64,000 nucleotides of DNA, from contig CAZRAU010000002.1 of NCBI GenBank assembly GCA_964598025.1, positions 17,854-81,853 of the forward strand, given 5' to 3'. A program made the translations under genes and the position numbers. Positions 1 to 8,675 of this stretch are shown here, in pieces. Below the pieces are notes generated by a model. That model did no database searches, was not told where the DNA came from, and was given only the letters and a program-made list of their open reading frames with translations. Each line of letters begins with the position of its first letter. Positions within the stretch are counted from its first letter, which is position 1. This DNA is from an uncultured bacterium. GTDB lineage: Bacteria; Arandabacterota; Arandabacteria; Arandabacterales; Arandabacteraceae.

Positions 1-1275
1 TCACAGGACGCCGCGCTCCGCGCCACGCACGGCGAGCTCAAGCTTCGAGCGGAAGAGCTGCAAAGCGAGTTGGCCGGACGCAGGAAGGCCCAGGAATCTC
101 TTCAGTATCGGCTGGAGCTGGAGAAGATTATCACCTCGATCTCAGCCGCATTTATCAATGTGGATTCGACGAGGATAGACCAAACGATAATCGAGGGGCT
201 CCGCTCGATCGGAGAGTTCATGGACGTCGACCAGTGCAACGTCATCATGTTTTCCGAAGACATGGCGACTATTGACTGCACGCACGAATGGTCGCGGCCG
301 GGTGTTGATCCTATGATGGGACGGGTAAGAGGCTTGCCGGTGGATGGCTTTCCGTGGTGGATGGAAGAAATACGAAAGGGTGACGCTTTGATCATATCGA
401 GCCCGGAAGACCTGCCGCCGTTTGCGCGCGGGACGAAGGAGATGATGGAACATAGCGGACTGCTAGGGATCATAGCCGTACGAATGGTCTATGGCGGCGA
501 GATGCTTGGATATATCACCTTTGCTTCGCGCCGGCCGGGACAGGCCTGGGCAGACGAGGACATAGCACTGCTCAAGATGGTCGCGGAGACCTTCGTAGAC
601 GCCCTCGGACGCAAAAAGGCAGAGGGTCTCAGGGCCTCATTGGCTGAAAAGGAAGTGCTTCTCAAGGAGATCCACCATCGGGTCAAGAACAACCTGCAGA
701 TAATATCGAGCTTGCTCCATCTACAGTCTAGAAACGTGACAGACGCGCGGGCCCTCGAGATGTTGAGGGAAGGCCAGAACCGCGTGCAGTCAATGGCGCT
801 CATCCACGAGAATCTGTATAGATCACAGGACCTCGCGAATGTTGATTTCGGGGAGTACGTAAAGACGCTGGTGGCACATCTCTTCAGTTCGTATGGAGGG
901 GGACAGGGGAAGGTCAATCTGATTGTGGAAGTTGACCGGGTTCCCCTCAGCATAGACACCGCAATACCTTGCGGGCTCATAATCAACGAATTGGTCACAA
1001 ACTCGCTGAAGTATGCGTTCCCGAAGGGTCGAAAAGGGGAGATTCAGGTTTGCCTTCACCTTGTCGGTGACGGGGAGGTTGCACTCACGGTGAGTGACAA
1101 CGGCGTCGGCCTTCCCCCAGGGTTTGATATCGAGAGAACCGAGTCACTGGGGCTTCGTCTGGTGACCACTCTGGCGGATCAGATAGACGGCCGGGTGCAC
1201 ATCGGGTGTGACGTCGGGTCCGAATTCAAAATCAGCTTCCGAACAGGTTTGGAAAAGGTGGGCTCGCACGCATGA
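1..1275 (+). CDS. sensor histidine kinase (coiled coil + GAF-like + HisKA_2-type DHp + HATPase), 5' end truncated by window edge
   Basis: Frame of ORF 70..1275 stays open back to nt 1 ([23 protein letters not shown]...). H-box [21 protein letters not shown]-binding region [10 protein letters not shown] / DNGVGLP. Stop overlaps next start (ATGA at 1272-1275). Confidence 0.8.
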   Translation, partial: SQDAALRATHGELKLRAEELQSELAGRRKAQESLQYRLELEKIITSISAAFINVDSTRIDQTIIEGLRSIGEFMDVDQCNVIMFSEDMATIDCTHEWSRPGVDPMMGRVRGLPVDGFPWWMEEIRKGDALIISSPEDLPPFARGTKEMMEHSGLLGIIAVRMVYGGEMLGYITFASRRPGQAWADEDIALLKMVAETFVDALGRKKAEGLRASLAEKEVLLKEIHHRVKNNLQIISSLLHLQSRNVTDARALEMLREGQNRVQSMALIHENLYRSQDLANVDFGEYVKTLVAHLFSSYGGGQGKVNLIVEVDRVPLSIDTAIPCGLIINELVTNSLKYAFPKGRKGEIQVCLHLVGDGEVALTVSDNGVGLPPGFDIERTESLGLRLVTTLADQIDGRVHIGCDVGSEFKISFRTGLEKVGSHA

Positions 1276-3281
1276 ATGAAAACGTCCCGATACTGGTTGT
1301 TGAGGATGAGAGCATCGTGTCCATGGATATACAGGACAGGCTCCGCCGCCTCGGGTATACGGTCGCCGGTGCGGCCTCGACGGGACGTGATGCGATCATC
1401 AAGGCCGAGAAACTCAAGCCCGCCCTTGTGCTTATGGACATCCAACTCAAGGGAGGCATGGACGGCATAGAGGCGGCGGAGGAGATTCGACGAGGCCACG
1501 ACATCCCGGTGATCTTTCTGACAGCCTTCGCAGACACGGCCACGCTGGCGCGTGCGAAGCTTACCGGCCCATTCGGCTATATCACCAAGCCCTTCGAGGA
1601 AAAGGACCTCAGGACGAGCATCGAGATAGCGATCAACAATCACCGGATGGAGCACGCGCTCAAAGCCGAGCGGGACAAGGCTCAGAAGTATCTCGACATA
1701 GCAGGGGTGATGATCGTCGCTCTTGCCGCCGACGGGGAGATAACACTCATCAACCGAAAAGGCTGCGAGGTTCTCGGTTATGACGAAGAGGGGCTGATAG
1801 GCAGGAATTGGTTCGACACGTGCATTCCTCGTGACGCCCGGGCCGGGGCGAAAGGCACATTCGACAAGATCGCCTCCGGGGAGTTCGAGATAGTTGCGCA
1901 CGATGAGAACCCCGTGGTCACCAGCTCGGGCGAAGAGAGAATCATCCTGTGGTACAACAGCGCCATACTTGATGAGACAGGCGCATTCGCGGGTTATCTG
2001 AGTTCGGGTGAGGACATCACCGAGCGAAGGAAGGCAGAGAGAGAAAGGGAAAACCTGCAGGCACAGATAGTCCAGATGCAGAAGATGGACGCGATCGGGA
2101 CGCTTGCCGGCGGAATCGCCCACGACTTCAACAATATCCTTACCACCATACAGGGCAACACCGAGCTTGCGTTGCTCAAGATCGGTCCGAATGACGAACT
2201 ACGGAGGAAACTGGACCAGATTCACATGGCTGCGGATCGGGCCGCCAATCTTACGAGGCAGCTTCTCATCTTCAGCAGGAAGCGTCCGGTAAAGATAGAG
2301 GCGGTCGATATCAATGAAACCGTGGAGAACATGCTGGACATGCTCGGCCGTCTTATCGGGGAGGAGATCAGGATCGAGACTCATCTTGCCGATCACGTTC
2401 CGCTTCTGCGCGCGGATCGAACCAACCTGGAGCAGATCCTGCTGAATCTGGTGGTTAACGCCAGGGACGCAATGCCGAATGGCGGGGCCATCGGAATCAG
2501 CACATCTTATGCCCCGTCCCTCAAGGCACTGGGAGCAACCGGCGATGGGGCCGGACCGGTCAAGGCGGTATGTCTGGCCGTGGAAGACAATGGAGTCGGG
2601 ATCGACAAGGACACGGTCGCGAAGATCTTCGATCCTTTCTTCACAACCAAGGGGATGGGGAAGGGCACCGGTTTGGGCTTGTCGGTCGTCTACGGGATCT
2701 GCGAACAGCATGGGGGCTGGGTCGAGGTAGACAGCGAGCCCGGCAGGGGCTCTACATTCAGCATATATCTGCCCGCCGTCACCGAAGACAAGAGTGGGGC
2801 TGTGGGAGAAGAGGGCTCGAGCCCGAATCTTGTCGGCGACGGGGAGCGAGTTCTCATTGTGGAAGACGAACCTGCTGTCTTGGATATCACTGAGACCGTC
2901 CTCAGAGCCCACGGCTATCAAGTGTTCCCGGCCGCCAGCGCCGAGGAAGGCCTCAGGATCTTCGACAGCGAGAAGGGGAAACTCGACCTGATCTTCAGTG
3001 ACGTTGTGCTACCGGGCATGAGCGGGTTGGATTTTATCGATGCGGTCGTATCACGCGGCTTCGGCGGAGGCATCCTGTTTGGAAGCGGCTATACCGACAA
3101 TAAGTCCCAGTGGCCGGCAATCTGTGAAAGAGGGTACAAGTTCCTGTCGAAGCCATATCCCCTCCAGAGCCTGCTCAGGTCGGTGAAGGAAATCCTCGAG
3201 AGCACCCGGGCGGAGACGCGTGCCGAGGGAATCGGCATGGAAGACAGCCAGTTGGCGTCTGGTCGGCCCATCATCGCCTGA
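1272..3281 (+). CDS. hybrid sensor histidine kinase / response regulator (REC-PAS-HisKA-HATPase-REC)
   Basis: N-terminal receiver (ILVVEDE...LMDIQL...VIFLTAF), PAS, H-box [19 protein letters not shown]-boxes [12 protein letters not shown] / [12 protein letters not shown]-terminal receiver (VLIVEDE...[12 protein letters not shown]...[11 protein letters not shown]). Confidence 0.88.
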   Translation: MNENVPILVVEDESIVSMDIQDRLRRLGYTVAGAASTGRDAIIKAEKLKPALVLMDIQLKGGMDGIEAAEEIRRGHDIPVIFLTAFADTATLARAKLTGPFGYITKPFEEKDLRTSIEIAINNHRMEHALKAERDKAQKYLDIAGVMIVALAADGEITLINRKGCEVLGYDEEGLIGRNWFDTCIPRDARAGAKGTFDKIASGEFEIVAHDENPVVTSSGEERIILWYNSAILDETGAFAGYLSSGEDITERRKAERERENLQAQIVQMQKMDAIGTLAGGIAHDFNNILTTIQGNTELALLKIGPNDELRRKLDQIHMAADRAANLTRQLLIFSRKRPVKIEAVDINETVENMLDMLGRLIGEEIRIETHLADHVPLLRADRTNLEQILLNLVVNARDAMPNGGAIGISTSYAPSLKALGATGDGAGPVKAVCLAVEDNGVGIDKDTVAKIFDPFFTTKGMGKGTGLGLSVVYGICEQHGGWVEVDSEPGRGSTFSIYLPAVTEDKSGAVGEEGSSPNLVGDGERVLIVEDEPAVLDITETVLRAHGYQVFPAASAEEGLRIFDSEKGKLDLIFSDVVLPGMSGLDFIDAVVSRGFGGGILFGSGYTDNKSQWPAICERGYKFLSKPYPLQSLLRSVKEILESTRAETRAEGIGMEDSQLASGRPIIA

Positions 3282-3491
3282 GTTTGGGCCGGTCGGTTTG
3301 GCGAACTCGCGCACGCTTCATTTCGCGTTATTCCGGGGAAGCTTCATAACGGTCAACCAGAACCCCTCGATTGCCTTGACGACCTTCATGAATTGCTCAA
3401 GACCGATGGGTTTCGTGATGAAGCAATTGGCGTGCAGATTGTAGATCTTGATGATATCCCCCGCCGTCTGGGGCGGCCCTTTCGCAATCGG

Positions 3492-5402
3492 TCATCCTTG
3501 CCGTCCGATTGTGAAGTGGAAGGTCGTGCCTTCCCCGGGCTCCGATTCCACCCAGATCCTCCCGCCATGGCGCTCGACGATCTTCTTGCAGATGGTCAGC
3601 CCTATGCCGGTGCCTGGGTACTCGTCCTTGCGGTGCAACCGCTGAAATATCACGAAGATCCGATCTCTGTACTCCGGGCCGATGCCGATACCGTTGTCCC
3701 GTACCGAAAACGACCATTGATCTCCGTCTTCCTGTGCGGAGATGTGGATTCGGGGCGCCTCCGTACCCCTGAACTTGATCCCGTTCTCGATGAGATTCTG
3801 GAATAACCGCGCGAGCTGTGATTCGTCTGCGAAGACAACGGGCAGATCATCACTGGTTATCACAGCTGAGGCCTGTCTGATAACGTTCTGCAGGCTCGCA
3901 ATCGCCCTGGCGAGCGCTGTGGCCGAATCGACCCTGTCGAATAACTTCGGTCCCGTGCTCAGCGTCGAATAGGAGAGCAAATCGCTAATCATACGTTGCA
4001 TCCTGTTGGCACCATCAACCGCAAAGCCGATGAATTCGAGGGCATCGCCATCGAGTCTGTCCCTGTAACGCCTCTCCAGCAGCTGCGTATAGCTCGAGAT
4101 CATGCGCAATGGTTCCTGCAAGTCATGCGATGCGACATAGGCAAACTGCTCCAGATCGCTGTTCGACCGCTTGAGTTCCTCGTTGTACCGTTTGACCTGC
4201 TCTTCCGCCCATCTCTTTTCGGTTATGTCCTCACCGGAACTCAACGTGCCTATGATCTCGCCGGCATCATCCTTGAGGACGGTATTATGCCACGCGATCA
4301 GACGTTCCTCGCTGGGTTTCACTATAACGGGGTTCTCATGGCGCCCAGCGCCGTCGACTTCGCCCGCAAGGAGCGCGCGGAAGAGGTCCAGGGTCCTTTT
4401 CCGACACCGTGCCGGTATGAAATCGTCAAACCAGTTTCTGCCGACAACGGCGGTTGGTTCGCGACCAAGTATCTCACAGCCCTTCTGGTTTATCATGCTG
4501 ACTTGCCCGGCGGGATCGATGGCTATCAGCATGACCCCGGCTACATCGAGATAGCGCTGGGTGCGATCTCTTTCCTGGCGCAAGGCCTTCTCGGTGAGCT
4601 TGCGGTCGGTTATGTCGCTCACTATCCCATCGAAGCAAAGAACGGTGCCTTGGTCATCCTTGTCCGGAACACCGTGGTCACTGAGCCAACGCACTTCTCC
4701 GGTCTCTTTGTGCACTACTCTGTATTCGAGCCTATACTCGCTCCCGTTGGTGCGGGCATCGGCTAGTCTGCTTAGTGTTGTTTCTGCGTCGTCCGGGTGA
4801 ATCGACTTGGACCGGGTCTGATGAAGATCACAGAGATCTTCCGGATTGTAACCCGTCCAGTCCTTCCATCGCGGCGACATGTAAGTCATGGTGCCGGTTT
4901 CGTCGGGCAGCGATGTATAGACGGCATCCGGGATATTGCGAACCAGGTTTTCGAATCTGTCTCTGGCCTCCCGAATTTCAGCCTCTGCTTGTTTGCGCTC
5001 GGTGATATCCTCAATGGCCAGGAGGATCATGCGGGCGTCATCCGGCGCCCCATAGAGCCTCCTGGCGTTTAAAGACATGATGCGGAGGCCGATCTTTGGG
5101 AAGTTGTGCCTAACCTCAAAACCGTCGAAACTGGTTTCCGCCGGGAGAATGGCCTCCAGGAGGTGTCTGAGTCTGGGGATGTCCCACTGCCCATGGCCCA
5201 GGTCATAGACACGTCTGCCGACCGTCTCCTCTTCGCCAATCTGAAAGACCCGGTAGAAACAAGGATTGGCGCAAATGACTCTCAGCCGGTCATCGAGAAC
5301 AAGCACAGGTTCACGAACAGTTGCAATGATGGTCTCGGCGATTCCTTCGATTAGCAGCATAACTCGCTCCGCCTCATGGCGTTCCAATGGAATCCGGCAC
5401 AA
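3492..5402 (-). CDS. multi-PAS sensor histidine kinase (HisKA + HATPase); first in-frame ATG at 5360 is the likelier start (track start 5402 is TTG)
   Basis: Several PAS-like segments, H-box SHDLQEPLRMISSYTQLL, C-terminal HATPase DNGIGI...GTGIGLTICKKIVERHGGRIWVESEPGEGTTF. Confidence 0.85.
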   Translation of the reverse strand: MCRIPLERHEAERVMLLIEGIAETIIATVREPVLVLDDRLRVICANPCFYRVFQIGEEETVGRRVYDLGHGQWDIPRLRHLLEAILPAETSFDGFEVRHNFPKIGLRIMSLNARRLYGAPDDARMILLAIEDITERKQAEAEIREARDRFENLVRNIPDAVYTSLPDETGTMTYMSPRWKDWTGYNPEDLCDLHQTRSKSIHPDDAETTLSRLADARTNGSEYRLEYRVVHKETGEVRWLSDHGVPDKDDQGTVLCFDGIVSDITDRKLTEKALRQERDRTQRYLDVAGVMLIAIDPAGQVSMINQKGCEILGREPTAVVGRNWFDDFIPARCRKRTLDLFRALLAGEVDGAGRHENPVIVKPSEERLIAWHNTVLKDDAGEIIGTLSSGEDITEKRWAEEQVKRYNEELKRSNSDLEQFAYVASHDLQEPLRMISSYTQLLERRYRDRLDGDALEFIGFAVDGANRMQRMISDLLSYSTLSTGPKLFDRVDSATALARAIASLQNVIRQASAVITSDDLPVVFADESQLARLFQNLIENGIKFRGTEAPRIHISAQEDGDQWSFSVRDNGIGIGPEYRDRIFVIFQRLHRKDEYPGTGIGLTICKKIVERHGGRIWVESEPGEGTTFHFTIGRQG

Positions 5403-5553
5403 TCGACCCAGGGCGACGATGTCCGAGCCAGGACCGGCATAGGCACAAAGAAACGATCCGGCCCCCCTGGGGGCCGGCGTGCAGGTCGCGAGCGGCCCGG
5501 CAGGCGTCCGGACCTGGGCCGCCGGGCCCTGGATGTCGTCAAATGGATCACGC

Positions 5554-5563
5554 GGTGACCTCC
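5554..5563 (-). repeat. GGAGGTCACC motif copy (inverted orientation, 154 nt upstream of minus-strand HK ORF)
   Basis: Plus strand reads GGTGACCTCC. Confidence 0.6.
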
Positions 5564-5720
5564 AATAGGCAGTGTCGGCAGCCCTTCACTACGTCTTTAG
5601 CTTCGATCCGGCGGGTTGTGCGTTCGACCTTGGATACCCGGGCGGCGATTCGGGTCAATGAATTCGGTATTCACTATTTCAAGCTAATGCAAGACGCACA
5701 GAATGTCGATAACCGCCGAT

Positions 5721-5730
5721 GGAGGTCACC
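5721..5730 (+). repeat. GGAGGTCACC motif copy abutting ATG 5731
   Basis: gatGGAGGTCACCATGaag; SD-like GGAGG 5 nt before ATG. Confidence 0.7.
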
Positions 5731-6783
5731 ATGAAGGGCCATTGTGCGCTTGTGCCAGCCGCTTCGTTTGGCGGAGCTAGTGGTTTTTTCAAGCATCCGT
5801 TCGGCATGTTGAATTGCCTCTCTGCCTCACGATGGTGTATCAGAGGAGGGCGCGTGGCAGAAGCGAACCATGGTCCGGAACCGGTCAGCATCCTACTGGT
5901 TGAAGACGATCCCGGCGACGTGCGTCTCATTCGTGAGATGCTCACCGAATTACAGGCGGGCAGTTTCTCACTCACCGTGGCGGACACCATTGAGACGGCG
6001 ATTGCGACTATGGCGTCTGAGCGGCCGGAGGTGATCCTCCTCGATCTTTGCCTGCCCGACAGCCGGGGACTGGACACATTCATGCAAATCCGCGATCGCA
6101 CGGCGGACATACCGATCGTTGTTCTCACAGGCGTCAGCCAGTGGGACACGGGCATCGCGGCCGTCCAGAAGGGGGCTCAGGATTATCTGGTGAAGGGGCA
6201 GGTCGACGGGCAGTTACTGCGGCGGTCGATCCACTATGCGGTTGAGCGCTATCGCCTGATCATAGAGCTCGAACACTCCCGTGAGCGGGAGGAGAGGTTG
6301 CGGGAGCTCCGATCGCTGGACAGACTCGCCGGCCGGCCGCCGGATGACTGCGACGGTAAGCCGTGGGCGGAAGCGGTCCTGCGTAGTGCGCTCCCCCGGA
6401 AGTTTGTTTCACTCACTGAGAATCTCGGCGGATTGCTCGAAACGGCGCTGGAAGAGGACATTCACAAGTCAGAGAGGAAGGTGCCCGGTGAGATCAGGTC
6501 GATGGCCGAGGAGATCGGGCGGCTTGGCGGCGGCCCGCGCGATGTGGTCGACATTTACTATACGGCAATCCGCGAACGCATGGAAGTCAGCGATGCCGGC
6601 AAAGCAAAGGCCTATGTCCGGGAGGGCCGTCTTGTGCTGCTCGAGCTTCTAGGATACCTGGCTTCTTATTATCGGACCCTGTCTCTAGGTATAGTCACAG
6701 ACCCAAGAGGAGTCATCCGTGGGTACAGAGAGGCACCACCGGAGCCTGCGGGTGGGCGGACCGGTCGAATTGAGGGGGGCTGA
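5731..6783 (+). CDS. response-regulator receiver fused to a KaiA-like C-terminal helical domain (KaiA3-like); track ORF starts at 5719
   Basis: Receiver motifs VSILLVEDDPGD...VILLDLCLPDSRG...IVVLTG...KGAQDYLVKG. C-terminal 60 aa (DVVDIYYTAIRERMEVSDAGKAKAYVREGRLVLLELLGYLASYYR) resemble the C-terminus of cyanobacterial KaiA as I recall it (VVEIHMELMDEF...YRLTLIDVIAHLCEMYRRSIP). Position immediately upstream of kaiB-kaiC with 1-nt spacing. Confidence 0.6.
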   Translation: MKGHCALVPAASFGGASGFFKHPFGMLNCLSASRWCIRGGRVAEANHGPEPVSILLVEDDPGDVRLIREMLTELQAGSFSLTVADTIETAIATMASERPEVILLDLCLPDSRGLDTFMQIRDRTADIPIVVLTGVSQWDTGIAAVQKGAQDYLVKGQVDGQLLRRSIHYAVERYRLIIELEHSREREERLRELRSLDRLAGRPPDDCDGKPWAEAVLRSALPRKFVSLTENLGGLLETALEEDIHKSERKVPGEIRSMAEEIGRLGGGPRDVVDIYYTAIRERMEVSDAGKAKAYVREGRLVLLELLGYLASYYRTLSLGIVTDPRGVIRGYREAPPEPAGGRTGRIEGG

Positions 6784-6784
6784 T

Positions 6785-7090
6785 ATGAGAGGTTGCATCA
6801 AGTTGAAACTGTATATCTCCGGGCATACCGTCAGGTCTGACAACGCGATCAGCCATCTTCGCAGCATCTGCGAGGAAATGGTACGGGGCGGCTATGAGAT
6901 AAGGGTCATAGATGTCACGAGACACCCCGACCAGGCGGAGATCGATGGGGTCCTGGCCACGCCGACCCTGATCAAGGATTCGCCTCCGCCGGCTGCAAGG
7001 CTAATCGGGGACCTGTCCGATAGAGAGAGAGTAGTCACGGCGCTGGATCTGCGGTGTGAGCCGGCGGCACATGGCGCGAAGTCACTCTGA
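6785..7090 (+). CDS. kaiB: circadian clock protein KaiB homolog
   Basis: IKLKLYISGHT...EIRVIDVTRHPDQAEIDGVLATPTLIKDSPPPAARLIGDLSDRERVVTALDL matches the KaiB thioredoxin-like family signature (KLxLYV.G, ATPTL, IGDLS). ATG 6785 is one nt after the stop of the upstream gene. Confidence 0.9.
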   Translation: MRGCIKLKLYISGHTVRSDNAISHLRSICEEMVRGGYEIRVIDVTRHPDQAEIDGVLATPTLIKDSPPPAARLIGDLSDRERVVTALDLRCEPAAHGAKSL

Positions 7091-7112
7091 CCGAACAGGG
7101 GGTAACCATAGG

Positions 7113-8648
7113 ATGAGAACCAAGAGACAGGGTGCCGACATCGACAGGGTGCCGACCGGTATGCCCGGCTTCGACCTGATATCCCATGGCGGCCTGCCGG
7201 CCGATAGGAGCACGCTGATCACGGGAACGCCCGGAAGCGGAAAAACCATGTTCGCAGTTCAATTCCTGGCCGAGGGGATACGAAGACACGGGCAGTCCGG
7301 CGTTTTCGTCACCTTCGAGGAATCCACGGATGATCTGCGGAAGAACTTCATCAGCCTCGGGTGGGACATCGAGAAATGGGAGAGCGAGAACAAGTGGCGT
7401 TTTGTTGATGTATCGCCGCACGCGGGGCAACGGTTGATACGAGTCGGCAAGTTCGACCTGAGCGCTCTTCTCACAAGGATCGGGAGTGCCGTGGAGCAGG
7501 TTGGCGCCAAGCGCGTGGCCCTGGATTCACTGGGCGCCATATTCACGCAGGTAACGGATCGTTCCACGCTGCGGAGCGAGATCTTCCGCATAATGTCCGT
7601 GCTGAAAGAAATGGAAGTCACGGCGGTTCTCACCGGCGAGCACGGCAGGGACGATGAGGTCATCACGAGAAGCGACATGGAGGAATTCACCGCCGACAAC
7701 GTGGTGATAACGCGGAATATTCGTGAAGATGAGCGACGGCGGAGAACCATCGAAATCCTCAAGTTCCGGGGCACAACCCACGAGAAAGGTGAACACCCCT
7801 TCACAATAATAAGGCGCCATGGTATTGTCGTGCTGCCTCTTTCGTCAATCGAGCTGAAGCAAAAATCTACGGAAATTCGCATGACCTCCGGCAACGTCAC
7901 ACTGGACGGGATGTGTGACGGGGGGTACTTCAGGGATTTCATCGTCGCCGTAAATGGGCCGACCGGGACGGGGAAGTCCCTCATGGCGACAGAGTTTGTC
8001 AAAGGCGGACTCCATGAGGGGGACAGATGTCTCTTTCTTGGCTTCGAAGAGAGCAAGGATCAGATTTTCAGGAACGCGTCTCGCTGGGGAATCGACTTCG
8101 CGGGCGCTGAATCGGCAGGATTGCTGAAGGTGTCGTGCGAGTATCCCGAGGCAATGGGGCTGGAGGACCATTCGCAAAGGCTGCGGACTCTGGTCAAGGA
8201 ATTCAAACCCAACCGCCTGGCCCTGGACAGCCTCTCGGCCCTGGAGCGGGTAGCCTCAGGCAAGGGATATAGAAAGTTCGTTGTTGGATTGACGGCATTT
8301 CTCAAGCAGAAGGGAATCGCCTCCTTGCTTACGGTCAACACTCCGGCAATAGCGGGGTCCCCGTCGATGCCGGAGGCCGAGATATCGAGTCTGGCGGATG
8401 CGATCATCCTGCTGAGGTATGTGGAGGTCCACGGTGAGATGAGGCGGGGGCTGACCGTCCTCAAGATGCGCGGTACGAGTCACGACAAGGAGATCCGCGA
8501 ATTCGCCATTGACGGGACCGGAATGCATATAGGGCAGCCGTTTCGCAATGTGAGCGGCATCCTGACGGGATACAGTCACAACGTGGTTCCGAGCGAGCTT
8601 GAACGGGTAGGTGAACTATTCGGGGAATCCAGCTCTGCCAGGAACTGA
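7113..8648 (+). CDS. kaiC: circadian clock protein KaiC homolog (double RecA-like ATPase); start 7113 preferred over track 7056, which overlaps kaiB
   Basis: Two Walker A motifs GTPGSGKT and GPTGTGKS. Catalytic EE pairs (VTFEES, LGFEES). C-terminal region AIILLRYVEVHGEMRRGLTVLKMRGTSHDKEIREF typical of KaiC. Candidate phospho-sites ISS aligned to S. elongatus IST. SD agggg before ATG 7113. Confidence 0.92.
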   Translation: MRTKRQGADIDRVPTGMPGFDLISHGGLPADRSTLITGTPGSGKTMFAVQFLAEGIRRHGQSGVFVTFEESTDDLRKNFISLGWDIEKWESENKWRFVDVSPHAGQRLIRVGKFDLSALLTRIGSAVEQVGAKRVALDSLGAIFTQVTDRSTLRSEIFRIMSVLKEMEVTAVLTGEHGRDDEVITRSDMEEFTADNVVITRNIREDERRRRTIEILKFRGTTHEKGEHPFTIIRRHGIVVLPLSSIELKQKSTEIRMTSGNVTLDGMCDGGYFRDFIVAVNGPTGTGKSLMATEFVKGGLHEGDRCLFLGFEESKDQIFRNASRWGIDFAGAESAGLLKVSCEYPEAMGLEDHSQRLRTLVKEFKPNRLALDSLSALERVASGKGYRKFVVGLTAFLKQKGIASLLTVNTPAIAGSPSMPEAEISSLADAIILLRYVEVHGEMRRGLTVLKMRGTSHDKEIREFAIDGTGMHIGQPFRNVSGILTGYSHNVVPSELERVGELFGESSSARN

Positions 8649-8675
8649 AAGCAGGTCGCCCATCCGGTCGGCCAT

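Noticed and set aside
1179-2123. 314-aa minus-strand ORF antisense to the GAF-HK and hybrid HK genes
   Set aside because: Lies entirely opposite two motif-rich kinase genes. Composition is typical of spurious antisense ORFs in high-GC DNA and no recognisable domain is present. The same reasoning applies to the other long antisense ORFs (e.g. 2199-2921, 8712-9521, 9716-10588, 33212-34270, 36482-37564, 38175-39302, 47137-48249, 48603-49133).
3282-3491. Convergent intergenic region searched for intrinsic terminators
   Set aside because: Only short stems (CCGCC-N6-GGCGG at about 3459-3474; GCGAA...TTCGC) without a convincing downstream T-tract. Not reported as terminators. The same applies to CGCCAC-ACCC-GTGGCG at 15479-15494.
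5351-5551. 66-aa Arg/Pro-rich ORF starting right after the inverted motif copy
   Set aside because: Overlaps the 5' end of the HK gene in another frame. Composition (RRPRSGRLPGRSRPARRPPGG) is a high-GC frame artefact.
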